From: Candidatus Moraniibacteriota bacterium
Lineage (GTDB): Bacteria; Patescibacteriota; Minisyncoccia; Moranbacterales; DUUL01
Assembly (NCBI GenBank): GCA_012841575.1
Contig: DUUL01000030.1
Span: 1-39,783 of the forward strand
Direction of reading: 5' to 3'
DNA: 39,783 nt
Position numbers and translations under genes: made by a program. Positions within the stretch are counted from its first letter, which is position 1. Each line of letters opens with the position of its first letter. The notes beneath the pieces are model-generated. The model did no database searches, was not told the origin of the DNA, and saw only the letters and a list, made by a program, of their open reading frames with translations. This document shows, piece by piece, positions 18,453-27,378 of this stretch.

Positions 18453-19739
18453 TCAAAACCTAACTTTCAATAACTGCCCTCTTTTAATTGCTCTTTTTGT
18501 CTCAGTCGTAAGCAAGTGATAATATTCACTCCGTCCCGTCACTCTTTGCCCATCTATCTTCTCTATAACAATTTTTGCCACCTTTCCTCGCATGCTATCT
18601 AAATAGGACTGCTCCAGCCGCTCACTAACTTTTCTCAACTGATAAGCTCTTTGTTTTTTAGACTCTAGATCAACTTGGTTAGAAAATCGACTGGCCAAGG
18701 ATTTCTCATGAGAGGAAAAAGAAAAAACATGCACCTTAGCAAAACCAACCTTTTCAATAAATTCAATCGTCTCCTGAAAATCCTGCTCCGTTTCTCCAGG
18801 AAAACCAACAATCACATCTGTTGTTAAAGCAATTTCAGGAATCATTTTTTTAATTTTACTTACTCGCAACAAAAAATCTCTCTTGGTATACGGTCTGCGC
18901 ATTAACTTCAAAATCTTATCACTTCCTGACTGCAAAGAGATGTGCAAATGGGAACAAATTTTTTCTGATTTCTGCATCAATCCAATTAGCTCATCACTAA
19001 CCTCATTGACTTCAATTGAACTTAAGCGAATTCGACCCAAGCCTTTAATTTTTATCAACTGCTTTAAAAGCCTTGCCAAATCCTCTCCATCACCAATTCC
19101 GTTTCCGCCAGTTTTTAAGCTAAAACGTCCCAAGTGAATTCCACATAAAATAATTTCTTGATAGCCTACTTTTATCGCCTCTTTTAATTCTTGAACAATC
19201 TCATCTTCTGACTTACTAATCATCTTATCGCGTGCGTATGGAATTACACAGTAAGAGCAAAATTGATTACAGCCATCTTGAATCTTCAAATAATAGCGTG
19301 CTCGTCCGCCTCTAAAAGGAGGGCTAATTTTAAATTCACTGCCATTTTTTTTCTGACTTCCTGGCAGTTGCTTATTATCCCTCAGGACCGTTCTTTTTAT
19401 TTCACTAACACTAAGCGAGATTTCATCTGCACCTAAAATCATTTTTTTGTCTAGTTTTTGTTGCTTTGACACGACACCTTTTTGAAGATAAACTCTTGGG
19501 TAGCAACCAGTTAATATTATTTTAGCATTAACATTGTTCTTCTTTAATCGAGTAATCAGCTTTCTAGTTTTACTAATTGCTGTCATAGTCACCGAACAAG
19601 AATTAACAATAATCAAATTTACTTTTTGATTTTTGCTAGCTTCTTGCCAGCCATTTTCAATTAAAAAGTTTTTCAATTCTCTTGAATCAACTTGGTTAAC
19701 CTTGCAACCTAAAGTATAGATTTTAAAAAAATTCACCAA
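18453..19739 (-). CDS. mtaB: tRNA t6A37 methylthiotransferase (MtaB-type radical SAM)
   Basis: TLGCKVNQ, NSCSVT, LKIQDGCNQFCSYCVIPYAR, RIRLSSIE and VHVFSFS. Confidence 0.9.
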   Translation of the reverse strand: MVNFFKIYTLGCKVNQVDSRELKNFLIENGWQEASKNQKVNLIIVNSCSVTMTAISKTRKLITRLKKNNVNAKIILTGCYPRVYLQKGVVSKQQKLDKKMILGADEISLSVSEIKRTVLRDNKQLPGSQKKNGSEFKISPPFRGGRARYYLKIQDGCNQFCSYCVIPYARDKMISKSEDEIVQELKEAIKVGYQEIILCGIHLGRFSLKTGGNGIGDGEDLARLLKQLIKIKGLGRIRLSSIEVNEVSDELIGLMQKSEKICSHLHISLQSGSDKILKLMRRPYTKRDFLLRVSKIKKMIPEIALTTDVIVGFPGETEQDFQETIEFIEKVGFAKVHVFSFSSHEKSLASRFSNQVDLESKKQRAYQLRKVSERLEQSYLDSMRGKVAKIVIEKIDGQRVTGRSEYYHLLTTETKRAIKRGQLLKVRF

Positions 19740-19767
19740 TTTTTATTATTTAAATTAAAGCTTTTTG

Positions 19768-19845
19768 ATTATAGTTTGCTTAATTTTGATGTCAAACTTT
19801 TCTCTCATCAAAATCTCTGGACAACTTAAATTATTTTGCTATACT
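19768..19845. promoter_or_regulatory. Divergent promoters for mtaB and the tRNA pair
   Basis: Minus: TTGACA (19795-19790), 16 nt, TATAAT (19773-19768). Plus: TGGACA (19818-19823), 16 nt, TATACT (19840-19845) with extended TG. Confidence 0.7.
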
Positions 19846-19858
19846 GAAAAGGTTATTT

Positions 19859-19931
19859 GGGCCGGTAGCTCACCTGGTAGAGCGCCTCGTTTGCACCGAG
19901 GAGGTAGCGGGTTCAAGTCCTGTCCGGTCCA
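19859..19931 (+). tRNA. tRNA-Ala(UGC)
   Basis: Acceptor stem GGGCCGG/CCGGTCC with the G3-U70 Ala determinant, anticodon arm CCTCG-TTTGCAC-CGAGG, T-loop GTTCAAGTC; CCA not encoded. Confidence 0.97.
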
Positions 19932-19935
19932 CAGA

Positions 19936-20009
19936 GGGCGATTAGCTCAGGTGGTTAGAGCGCGTCACTGATAATGACGAGGTCCCAGGTTCAAGTCCTG
20001 GATCGCCCA
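19936..20009 (+). tRNA. tRNA-Ile(GAU)
   Basis: Acceptor stem GGGCGAT/ATCGCCC, anticodon arm CGTCA-CTGATAA-TGACG, T arm CCAGG-TTCAAGT-CCTGG; CCA not encoded. Confidence 0.97.
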
Positions 20010-20047
20010 CAAAAAAAGGTTGCAAAATATTGAAGCGCTCTAAACAG

Positions 20048-20137
20048 GGTTAGAGCGGATGAAAGCACTGCTTTCATCCTGATAATGACGAGGTCCCAGG
20101 TTCAAGTCCTGGATCGCCCACAAAAAAAGGTTGCAAA
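20048..20137 (+). repeat. Partial duplicate of tRNA-Ile (3' half plus downstream flank) with an inserted palindrome
   Basis: 20079-20137 is identical to 19968-20026 (59 bp). GGTTAGAGCG at 20048-20057 matches 19953-19962. A 21-nt palindrome replaces CGTCA. Confidence 0.9.
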
Positions 20138-20294
20138 CAAAAAAATTCTTATCATCAAGAGTCTTGGCCAGCAAATAAAGGTCATTACCAAAGACAGGTA
20201 ACCTCGACATACAGGCAAGCTCGATTCAATAAAGAAAGATTTAGAAAAATATTTCTGAACCTGCATTTCATCTCACTTAACTTAATTAAAATAA

Positions 20295-20323
20295 TTGACA
20301 AATTTCTGCTTAAGCTCTACCAT
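20295..20323 (+). promoter_or_regulatory. Sigma70 promoter for rpmE
   Basis: TTGACA (20295-20300), 17 nt, TACCAT (20318-20323). Confidence 0.65.
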
Positions 20324-20377
20324 TAGAAACTAGCTCTAGTTTTAGGGTTTTGGTTTATTTTATCAATTAAATTTATT

Positions 20378-20761
20378 ATGAAGAAAAAAATTCACCCCAA
20401 ATATTATCAAGAGGCAACTATTAATTGTGCTTGTGGCAATGTTTTTAATACTGGTGCCACTCAAGAGAAAATGGAAGTAGAAATCTGTAGCGCCTGCCAC
20501 CCTTTTTATACTGGCAAAAAAAAGTTGGTTGACTCTGCTGGACAGGTTGATCGTTTCAAGAAAATAATGGAGAAAACTGAAGCGCTAAAGAAAGAAGCTA
20601 CTGCTCGAAAGAAGGCAAAGAAAAATAAACTTGCACCTAAAAAGAAGAAATCCTCTCAAGAGATCACTAAAGTTGCAGAAAAAAAATCTAAAACTACTCC
20701 TGAGAAAAAAACTCCAGAAAAAAAGAAAAAATTAGCAACTAAACTAGCTAACAAAAAGTAA
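20378..20761 (+). CDS. rpmE: 50S ribosomal protein L31 (Zn-binding type) with a long Lys-rich C-terminal extension
   Basis: [27 protein letters not shown] and DSAGQVDRF, then about 60 aa of Lys-rich tail. Confidence 0.97.
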   Translation: MKKKIHPKYYQEATINCACGNVFNTGATQEKMEVEICSACHPFYTGKKKLVDSAGQVDRFKKIMEKTEALKKEATARKKAKKNKLAPKKKKSSQEITKVAEKKSKTTPEKKTPEKKKKLATKLANKK

Positions 20762-20802
20762 TTTACTAAAATTATTTATAACAATTAAATCAATTTATAA
20801 AA

Positions 20803-21624
20803 ATGACAGAGGAGCAAGAAAAAAAAGAGCCAGAAAAAAAGATGAATCGAGACAACAGCATTAACATCATCCTGGCAATTATTTTAGCTGCCTTAATTAT
20901 CGGAGGATCAATCGTTTACTCCACTAGCAAGGGTGGTGGTCTTTTCGGAAAAGCTGAGACTGAAGAGGAATTTGACATAAAAGTTGCTGCGTCAATTGAA
21001 AGATATATTGCAAAGCAAGAAGAAGAAATGATGAAGGCTCAAGAGGAAGCCAGTAAACCAGAGAAGGTGGAAGGTGTTTCTGCTGACGATGATGCGGTAA
21101 TGGGCGATAAAAACGCACCTGTTACTATCATCGAATTTTCTGATTATGAATGTCCCTTCTGCAAAAGAAGTTTTGAGCAAGTTTTCCCTGAAATCAAAAA
21201 AAATTACATCGATACCGGAAAAGCTAGGTATATCTTCCGCGATATGCCTCTAAGTTTTCATGATCCACTAGCAACCCAAGAAGCAATTGCGGCAGAATGT
21301 GCTAAAGAACAAGGCGGAGATGAAGCTTACTACAAATATCATCACTTAATTTTCACCAATACTAAATCCAATGGCAATGGTCTGCAAAAAAATGACTTAT
21401 ACCGATTTGCCACTGAAATTGGATTGAACGCAGGAGAGTTCAAGACCTGCTTAGATACTGAGAGATTTGCTGAAGAAGTGAAAAAAGACATGAAAGATGG
21501 TCAAGAATATGGAGTTCAAGGCACACCTGGATTTTTCATTAACGGCTGGTTTATTAAAGGTGCTTATCCCTATGAAACCTTTGAAGAAATCATTGAACAA
21601 GAGCTAGCAGCAGCCACAAAATAA
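20803..21624 (+). CDS. DsbA-family (BdbD/Thioredoxin_4) oxidoreductase
   Basis: TM anchor, APVTIIEFSDYECPFC, FRDMPLSFH, GVQGTPGFFING and GAYPY. Confidence 0.93.
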   Translation: MTEEQEKKEPEKKMNRDNSINIILAIILAALIIGGSIVYSTSKGGGLFGKAETEEEFDIKVAASIERYIAKQEEEMMKAQEEASKPEKVEGVSADDDAVMGDKNAPVTIIEFSDYECPFCKRSFEQVFPEIKKNYIDTGKARYIFRDMPLSFHDPLATQEAIAAECAKEQGGDEAYYKYHHLIFTNTKSNGNGLQKNDLYRFATEIGLNAGEFKTCLDTERFAEEVKKDMKDGQEYGVQGTPGFFINGWFIKGAYPYETFEEIIEQELAAATK

Positions 21625-21640
21625 TTTCATCATCTAATAT

Positions 21641-21670
21641 AAAAAGACACGGGCGATCCGTGTCTTTTTT
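21641..21670. terminator. Bidirectional terminator
   Basis: AAAAAGACACGG-GCGAT-CCGTGTCTTTTT perfect 12-bp stem between convergent genes. Confidence 0.85.
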
Positions 21671-21691
21671 ATCTTTCATCCTTAAATCGAA

Positions 21692-21940
21692 TTAGCTGAT
21701 TACTGCTGAAATCTTTTTGCCCAAAAGACTAGTTAGGTAGCGCTTGTTTAAATCCTTATCCCCAATAATCTTTAACTTCACTAAATCAACTAATACTGAT
21801 AAAATTTCTGGGTCATTTTCCACTTCAATTTTAACTTTTTCTATCAGAACTGAATCTTGCTTGCTAAGCACTTTTTGAAAAAGAATCTTGTCTTCATCTA
21901 AAATATTTGCCTTCGCCAAAAGATCGTCAAATTTTTTCAT
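21692..21940 (-). CDS. Small helical hypothetical protein
   Basis: 82-aa ATG ORF, last gene of the minus-strand cluster before the terminator. Confidence 0.7.
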   Translation of the reverse strand: MKKFDDLLAKANILDEDKILFQKVLSKQDSVLIEKVKIEVENDPEILSVLVDLVKLKIIGDKDLNKRYLTSLLGKKISAVIS

Positions 21941-21978
21941 TTAGCTTAAATTAGTTTTTATTTAAGAAGACTCTCCAA

Positions 21979-24036
21979 CTAATTACTTTCATCCTCACTT
22001 GATTCATTTTCAGTTAAGAGTTCTTTGGGAATTTCAAAAATCTCTAATCCGGGCTTGTAATCCTTATTTTCTCCTTTAACTTCACCTTCAGCTGTAAAAG
22101 TATTCTTAGAATTTAGTGATTCATTTGTATCCTGAAAAGCCTTTCTGATTAATTCTTTTTCATTTTGATTAAGACTAGCCCAATCACCAGTCAACTTCTC
22201 TTCTGATAAACCTGTTAGTTCTAAGTTGTATAGTAATCTTTTTAGGGCAACTGTTTCATTCTCTCCAGCACCCGCCTCCTTGGGAAGAATCATATCCACT
22301 GCTATTGCACCGCCAACTGCACTACCGATCCTTCCTCCAAGTTTAAACAACTGAAGTAATTTGGATCCACTCCCAGCAAATTTAGCTAAATTAACTTTTG
22401 GTATTCTCTCAACTACTTTAACTAGCCCTTGAGCGGAAAGCCTTCTACCCGAAAACTCAACTGACCATCTTATAGACTCTCTAAGTCCTTTTGTTGCCAC
22501 TTTGTCATAAATAAATTTTCCTCCTTTGAAAGTAACGATTGCTGGCTTTTCAATTCCAGTTTTAGCCCAACCAAAAGATTTTATTAGACTACCAGAAATT
22601 CCCTTCGCGATTGATTTATGTTTCCAGGTTTCTGTCACAAAAAACAAAGGGGTATATTTGGGTGCTTCTTTGACATAGGCAAACAGTTTAGGTCCTAAAT
22701 CATGTAAAAAATTAGGGTCATCAGCTGAACCAGTATATTTAGCCTCAACAACCCTCTTCACTCCACCAAAATACTGAAGCATTAACCATTCTCTAAAATC
22801 ATACAGCCTACCAAAAGAATCTGTTAAAAATGGAATTCCCACTTCATCTAAAAAAACCATGGCTTCATTTCCCGCTAAAGCCCCGATTAGATTTGCAAGA
22901 TTCTGCTCCGACTGATTTTCAATAAAATTTTTAGCATCTCTTCTGGTGTCTTCTGAGACCTCTAATTTTTCTGGACTCGAAAGCTCTCTTCCTAAATCTT
23001 TCTCTGTTTCTTTCGACGAACCATCAGCAGTTGAAACTTGCTCATTTTCACCGCCAACCACCTTTTCTTCTACTTCTTCAACGCCTAGCAAATTTTCTAC
23101 TGTCTGCCCTGCAACTCTCCCTAGGGGAGTACTCCCAACCACATCTTTGCCCCTATCAACAGCATCCCTGACCTTATCAACAGCATCCTCTACAGCTTTC
23201 TTTTTATCAAGAATCTCCTTCATCCATTCTGCCCCTGGAATATCTTTGATAAAAGGCATTAAAAATAATAAGGCTTTTTCCACGTTTCCCTCTCCGAATA
23301 TTTGATCAACTCCTTTTTCAAAAACGCCTTTGAGTGCCTGCACTGCCTCCTTTCCTCTGCCAGTTGGGTCTTCAATTATATCATTTAATTTTTGAGCAAA
23401 AAGTTTTTTTGCCCCCTCGGTTTTACCAAACATTTCTAAGCCAAAATAAGTCGCAACTCCACTAAGTGCAAGTCCACTCACCCACTCACCCACACTTTTA
23501 TCCTTCCTAGCCAAAACCAACATCCCTGCTAAACCAGCAATTGCGCAAGCAGCTGCCATTTCAGGATTTTTTTCAATTTGCCCAAGTAATTTTCCAGCTG
23601 GACCGCCAATCTCCATTGTTCCATACTTTTTTGCCCGCTCTCCCCGCTGAGCCATGGAATGAGCAACCTCTGCCTGCTCCCTGGACTCACTTCTTAAGTC
23701 AAAAACTTCTTTTGCAAAATTAGGATTTGCTTTTATTGCACTAGCTATTTCTGGGTCATCACTATTTTCCAAGATATCTCTTATTTCTTCCATCGTAAGC
23801 TCACCCTCCTCTAAACCCTTTTTATCTTTTACAGATTCAATCGCCCTAAGAGCGACTCCAATTTTTTGATATTCTTCGATCTTTCTTTCTGATCTGGATA
23901 GCCTTTCCTGGCCTGCCTCTCCCAGCCCTATAGCTGCCTCAACTTGCTCCACCCTCTTCCGCTCTCCAGCACTATCAAGCGGAGATTCTTGTTTCCCCCC
24001 TTCAAAGTGTGAACCTTTCGATTTTTGATTACTCAT
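21979..24036 (-). CDS. Large hypothetical protein with Gly/Ala-rich hydrophobic segments
   Basis: 685-aa ORF with a charged N-terminus and hydrophobic stretches AAACAIAGLAGMLVLA, WVSGLALSGVATYFG and GGRIGSAVGGAIAVDMIL. Confidence 0.8.
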   Translation of the reverse strand: MSNQKSKGSHFEGGKQESPLDSAGERKRVEQVEAAIGLGEAGQERLSRSERKIEEYQKIGVALRAIESVKDKKGLEEGELTMEEIRDILENSDDPEIASAIKANPNFAKEVFDLRSESREQAEVAHSMAQRGERAKKYGTMEIGGPAGKLLGQIEKNPEMAAACAIAGLAGMLVLARKDKSVGEWVSGLALSGVATYFGLEMFGKTEGAKKLFAQKLNDIIEDPTGRGKEAVQALKGVFEKGVDQIFGEGNVEKALLFLMPFIKDIPGAEWMKEILDKKKAVEDAVDKVRDAVDRGKDVVGSTPLGRVAGQTVENLLGVEEVEEKVVGGENEQVSTADGSSKETEKDLGRELSSPEKLEVSEDTRRDAKNFIENQSEQNLANLIGALAGNEAMVFLDEVGIPFLTDSFGRLYDFREWLMLQYFGGVKRVVEAKYTGSADDPNFLHDLGPKLFAYVKEAPKYTPLFFVTETWKHKSIAKGISGSLIKSFGWAKTGIEKPAIVTFKGGKFIYDKVATKGLRESIRWSVEFSGRRLSAQGLVKVVERIPKVNLAKFAGSGSKLLQLFKLGGRIGSAVGGAIAVDMILPKEAGAGENETVALKRLLYNLELTGLSEEKLTGDWASLNQNEKELIRKAFQDTNESLNSKNTFTAEGEVKGENKDYKPGLEIFEIPKELLTENESSEDESN

Positions 24037-24063
24037 TATTTTAAAATTACTTTTTTACTTAAA

Positions 24064-24630
24064 TTATTCTCCTCCTTTTTTCTTATCTGTTTTGTCCGCT
24101 TCTCTCTCAGCAGTAGCCCTATTAAAAGCTTCTTTAATTTTATCAACCACTTCTTTTTGTTCAACTGTTGTTTTTGGCTTCTCAGCATCTGAGCTATCAG
24201 AAATCTTATCTATCCGCTCCCTTAAATCTCTAATGCCGGCTTCTTCCGCCAATGCCCGCCCAATGCCCGCTTCATTGTCCTTTTCATTGCCCTTCTCCTT
24301 CTCCTCTTTTTTCTCTTTACCTTTTTCTCCCTCTTCTATTTTCGATTCCAAATCCTCTAATTGTCTAGCAGAAAGAGCCTTTCTCCCTCTTTCAAATCCA
24401 TCTAAGCTAAACTGTCTAGCTCTCTCAAAAACTCCTGGCATTTTTTTCATAAACTTGTCTAGTTCTGGAAATTTTTCCTGAATATAGCGAAATAAATTAT
24501 TCATTAGAAACGCTCTGTCACCCTCTTTTCCTTGTTCAGTTTTTTTACTCACCTGATCTGTCTCAACTTGATTTTCTTCATCCTCCAAATCTTTTCTCCC
24601 TCGCTTTAATGGGTCGTCCAATTTCGACAT
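24064..24630 (-). CDS. Highly charged hypothetical protein
   Basis: 188-aa Glu/Lys-rich ORF 20 bp downstream of the ATPase gene. Confidence 0.75.
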   Translation of the reverse strand: MSKLDDPLKRGRKDLEDEENQVETDQVSKKTEQGKEGDRAFLMNNLFRYIQEKFPELDKFMKKMPGVFERARQFSLDGFERGRKALSARQLEDLESKIEEGEKGKEKKEEKEKGNEKDNEAGIGRALAEEAGIRDLRERIDKISDSSDAEKPKTTVEQKEVVDKIKEAFNRATAEREADKTDKKKGGE

Positions 24631-24650
24631 TTTAAAAATTTAATTATTAA

Positions 24651-27257
24651 TTAATCTAGTGAAAATTCAATGTCATCATTCTTATTGTTGTTGAGTACTG
24701 CATTCTTCGCTCTTTCCGGAATAATTCCCTCTTCACCAACACCATCCACCGCCTCTACTTTTTCCTGATAGGAAGCAAAACGCTCTTCAATCTCATCTTC
24801 GACCACCTCACGTGCACGTCCTAATTTAAAACGAGAAAGTTGCTTAATCGAATCACGTAATTCTGGATCGCCTTCTGATGGCGGATAAGTTTTCATATCA
24901 AATGCATCAGAAGATTCATTGTTAATCAAAACTTTTGTGTAACAATTAAAGTTGTCTAAATTAATCAAATCATTCATATCAAAAACTGGAGCAAATTGCT
25001 TTTGTAAAAGTTCAGCATCCTCTGCTCCTACTCGAAAAGAGGCCATTGATCCAACGTTACCAAAAACCGCCTTGGAAATATCTTCACTCAATTGGCCAAT
25101 GAATTGGTGAGCAATGGTTAAACAAAGTCGATACTTTCTTGCCTCAGAAAGAATTTGAGCAATCGAATCAGTGGTGAAATTCTGAAACTCATCAATGTAT
25201 AAATAAAAATCCTTGCGTTCTTTTTCTGGGATGTCTACCCTGCCTAAAGCTGCCATCAAAAGCTTACCGACAATTACCATTCCAAGAAGATGAGAGTTAA
25301 TTTCTCCAATTTTACCCTTTGATAAATTAACCATCAAAATCTTTCCTTGATCCATTACTTCACGAAAGTTGATAGTGCTTTTTTGTTGAGCAATAATTGG
25401 TCGCATCATGTCATTAGAAATAAAAGTCGTCAGCTTGGAGTTAATGTAGGGAGTAATATTTTCTAAAGATGCCTCACCACCTGCCTTCTCTGCTTCTTTG
25501 CGCCAAAAATCAACCACAGTTATATCTTTGCATCGTCGTAATTTTTCTGCACGGAACTCTGGATCTCGAAAAACCCTCGGAACTTCCATTAAAGTTGACC
25601 CGATTTCTGGTGAATCCATCACTAACAACATTGCATTTCTCATATATTGCTCAAACATCGGTCCCCCAGTTTGCTTTAAGTCGTATAGTTTATCAAAAAT
25701 AGCAATCATCTCATTGATCACAAAAGTTCTCTGTTCTGGGTGATCTTCTTCATACTCCATCATATTTAAACCAAATGGTCGCTCAATGTCAGATGGATCA
25801 AAGTACACGACATCCTCCGCTCTCTCAGAGGGAATTGATCCTAAAATATTATCAATTAAATCTCCGTGTGGATCGATCACGCAAAGACCGCTTTTTTGAC
25901 AATCTTGCTTAGCCATCTCCTCAATAAAAGTTGACTTTCCTACTCCAGTTTGCCCAATAATATATAAGTGGCGCCTTCGATCATTTGCAGAAAGCTTAAT
26001 GTCTGTTTTAGTGCCTCGATAGTTGCTGTAGCCCAACAGTAGTCCATCTGGAGGAATGTTAACCGGCGGTGGCGCTGACTTTGCTCTCAACCAATTGATT
26101 TTTGGCGTCTCTGTGGTAGAAATTGGAAAATGAAAAATACTGGCCATTTCTTCTGTACTTAAAACAACGCTTTCATCCCAATCAAAATTACGAAAAATAA
26201 AATCGTAAGCAAGCGACTTGGCAGCTCTTTTTTCTCTCCTAATAGGAGCAAATTGATTTAAGTTGTAATCATCAAACTGAACAAAAGCATTCTCAATCTC
26301 AGAAACAATTTCGTCTGCCCGCTCTTGTGTTTTAGCGGAAGATAAAATTCTAACATTAACTCTAAAACGAGCTTTATTATCTTTTGCCTCAAGCTGCTTC
26401 ACCACTTCTTGTTCTTCCGGCGTCAATTGAAAAGGACGATCTGGTCGATCTTTCTCTAATGATTCTTGCTGATCTTCTTTTTTTACTCCAGTTATGGTAT
26501 TTAACACTTCATTACCAAAAACAAGCGCCATTTCTCCTAAAATATTATTACTAGCCGCTCGCTCTAAACGTATACCTTGTTGCATTCGTTGTGCCACTCG
26601 CCCACTATTACGCCACCACTTACGACTTGCCTTTTTAAATACTAGCTGAATTGCTGCACCCTCTTCAAAATTATTTAATTTGGATAAAGAGTTGGTTATG
26701 TTGTGCAAAGGATCAAATTCAAGGTGTTGATAAGTTCGAATCGGAAAAAAACTCTTCCGCTTTAGTTTCATGTAGCTAGCAGCCGTAAAGTTTCCTTTTT
26801 TAAAAATACTATAGTCATCTGTTCTTTCAATATTTGAATTTGGGAAAAAGCTATGGATTTGTTTCTCCACCACTCCCTCAAACTTCTTCGGAAAAGAGAC
26901 AAAAAAGCTAATCTGCTCACTATCAGAAGGAACTGCCATCTCAAAAGTTAATTGAGGCGAACCATACATCATTCGATGGAAAATATTCTTATGCTTAGGA
27001 AGTCTTGAAAGAGAAGTTAATAGCTGCTCCATCTTGGAAATTTCCTCCTTCTCCATCGCCTGAATCCCTTCTCTTGTTTTATTACTGTCATCTCTTTTTT
27101 CCTTAATCACCTTAATCACATTCAAAGAACTGTTCAAAGAAACTGTCATTTTAAAACGAGTAAACAAAAAAACTTGCGCCAAAAGCCAAGTCCCACTCAT
27201 TAAGGTTATTATTCCAAAAAAAATCATCAAGCCAACTAACAACACTGACCCAGTCAT
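24651..27257 (-). CDS. TraG/VirD4 (TrwB/HerA-FtsK superfamily) coupling-protein-like ATPase with N-terminal TM anchor
   Basis: DRRRHLYIIGQTGVGKST (Walker A), VIDPHGDL, LYIDEFQNF (Walker B), LSEARKYRL, AHQFIGQL and VFGNVGS. Confidence 0.92.
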   Translation of the reverse strand: MTGSVLLVGLMIFFGIITLMSGTWLLAQVFLFTRFKMTVSLNSSLNVIKVIKEKRDDSNKTREGIQAMEKEEISKMEQLLTSLSRLPKHKNIFHRMMYGSPQLTFEMAVPSDSEQISFFVSFPKKFEGVVEKQIHSFFPNSNIERTDDYSIFKKGNFTAASYMKLKRKSFFPIRTYQHLEFDPLHNITNSLSKLNNFEEGAAIQLVFKKASRKWWRNSGRVAQRMQQGIRLERAASNNILGEMALVFGNEVLNTITGVKKEDQQESLEKDRPDRPFQLTPEEQEVVKQLEAKDNKARFRVNVRILSSAKTQERADEIVSEIENAFVQFDDYNLNQFAPIRREKRAAKSLAYDFIFRNFDWDESVVLSTEEMASIFHFPISTTETPKINWLRAKSAPPPVNIPPDGLLLGYSNYRGTKTDIKLSANDRRRHLYIIGQTGVGKSTFIEEMAKQDCQKSGLCVIDPHGDLIDNILGSIPSERAEDVVYFDPSDIERPFGLNMMEYEEDHPEQRTFVINEMIAIFDKLYDLKQTGGPMFEQYMRNAMLLVMDSPEIGSTLMEVPRVFRDPEFRAEKLRRCKDITVVDFWRKEAEKAGGEASLENITPYINSKLTTFISNDMMRPIIAQQKSTINFREVMDQGKILMVNLSKGKIGEINSHLLGMVIVGKLLMAALGRVDIPEKERKDFYLYIDEFQNFTTDSIAQILSEARKYRLCLTIAHQFIGQLSEDISKAVFGNVGSMASFRVGAEDAELLQKQFAPVFDMNDLINLDNFNCYTKVLINNESSDAFDMKTYPPSEGDPELRDSIKQLSRFKLGRAREVVEDEIEERFASYQEKVEAVDGVGEEGIIPERAKNAVLNNNKNDDIEFSLD

Positions 27258-27378
27258 TGTTTTTTATTTTAATTTATTTAACTTTCCTCTTCTGACATAA
27301 TAGCATAAAAAAAGCTAAAGTGGAATCGTCTTGCTAAATTTATTGAAATTAACTTGGCTACTTTTATTTCGACACAAA

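Noticed and set aside
19765-19971. 68-aa ORF
   Set aside because: Overlaps the tRNA promoter and both tRNA genes.
19968-20137. Direct repeat as a CRISPR array or a functional second tRNA-Ile
   Set aside because: Two copies only, tRNA-derived, and no cas genes. The second copy lacks the 5' acceptor strand and the 5' anticodon-stem strand.
21692-27257. Conjugative element or ICE around the VirD4-like ATPase
   Set aside because: No relaxase, VirB4, integrase or flanking att pair; the tRNA repeat encloses only 52 bp.
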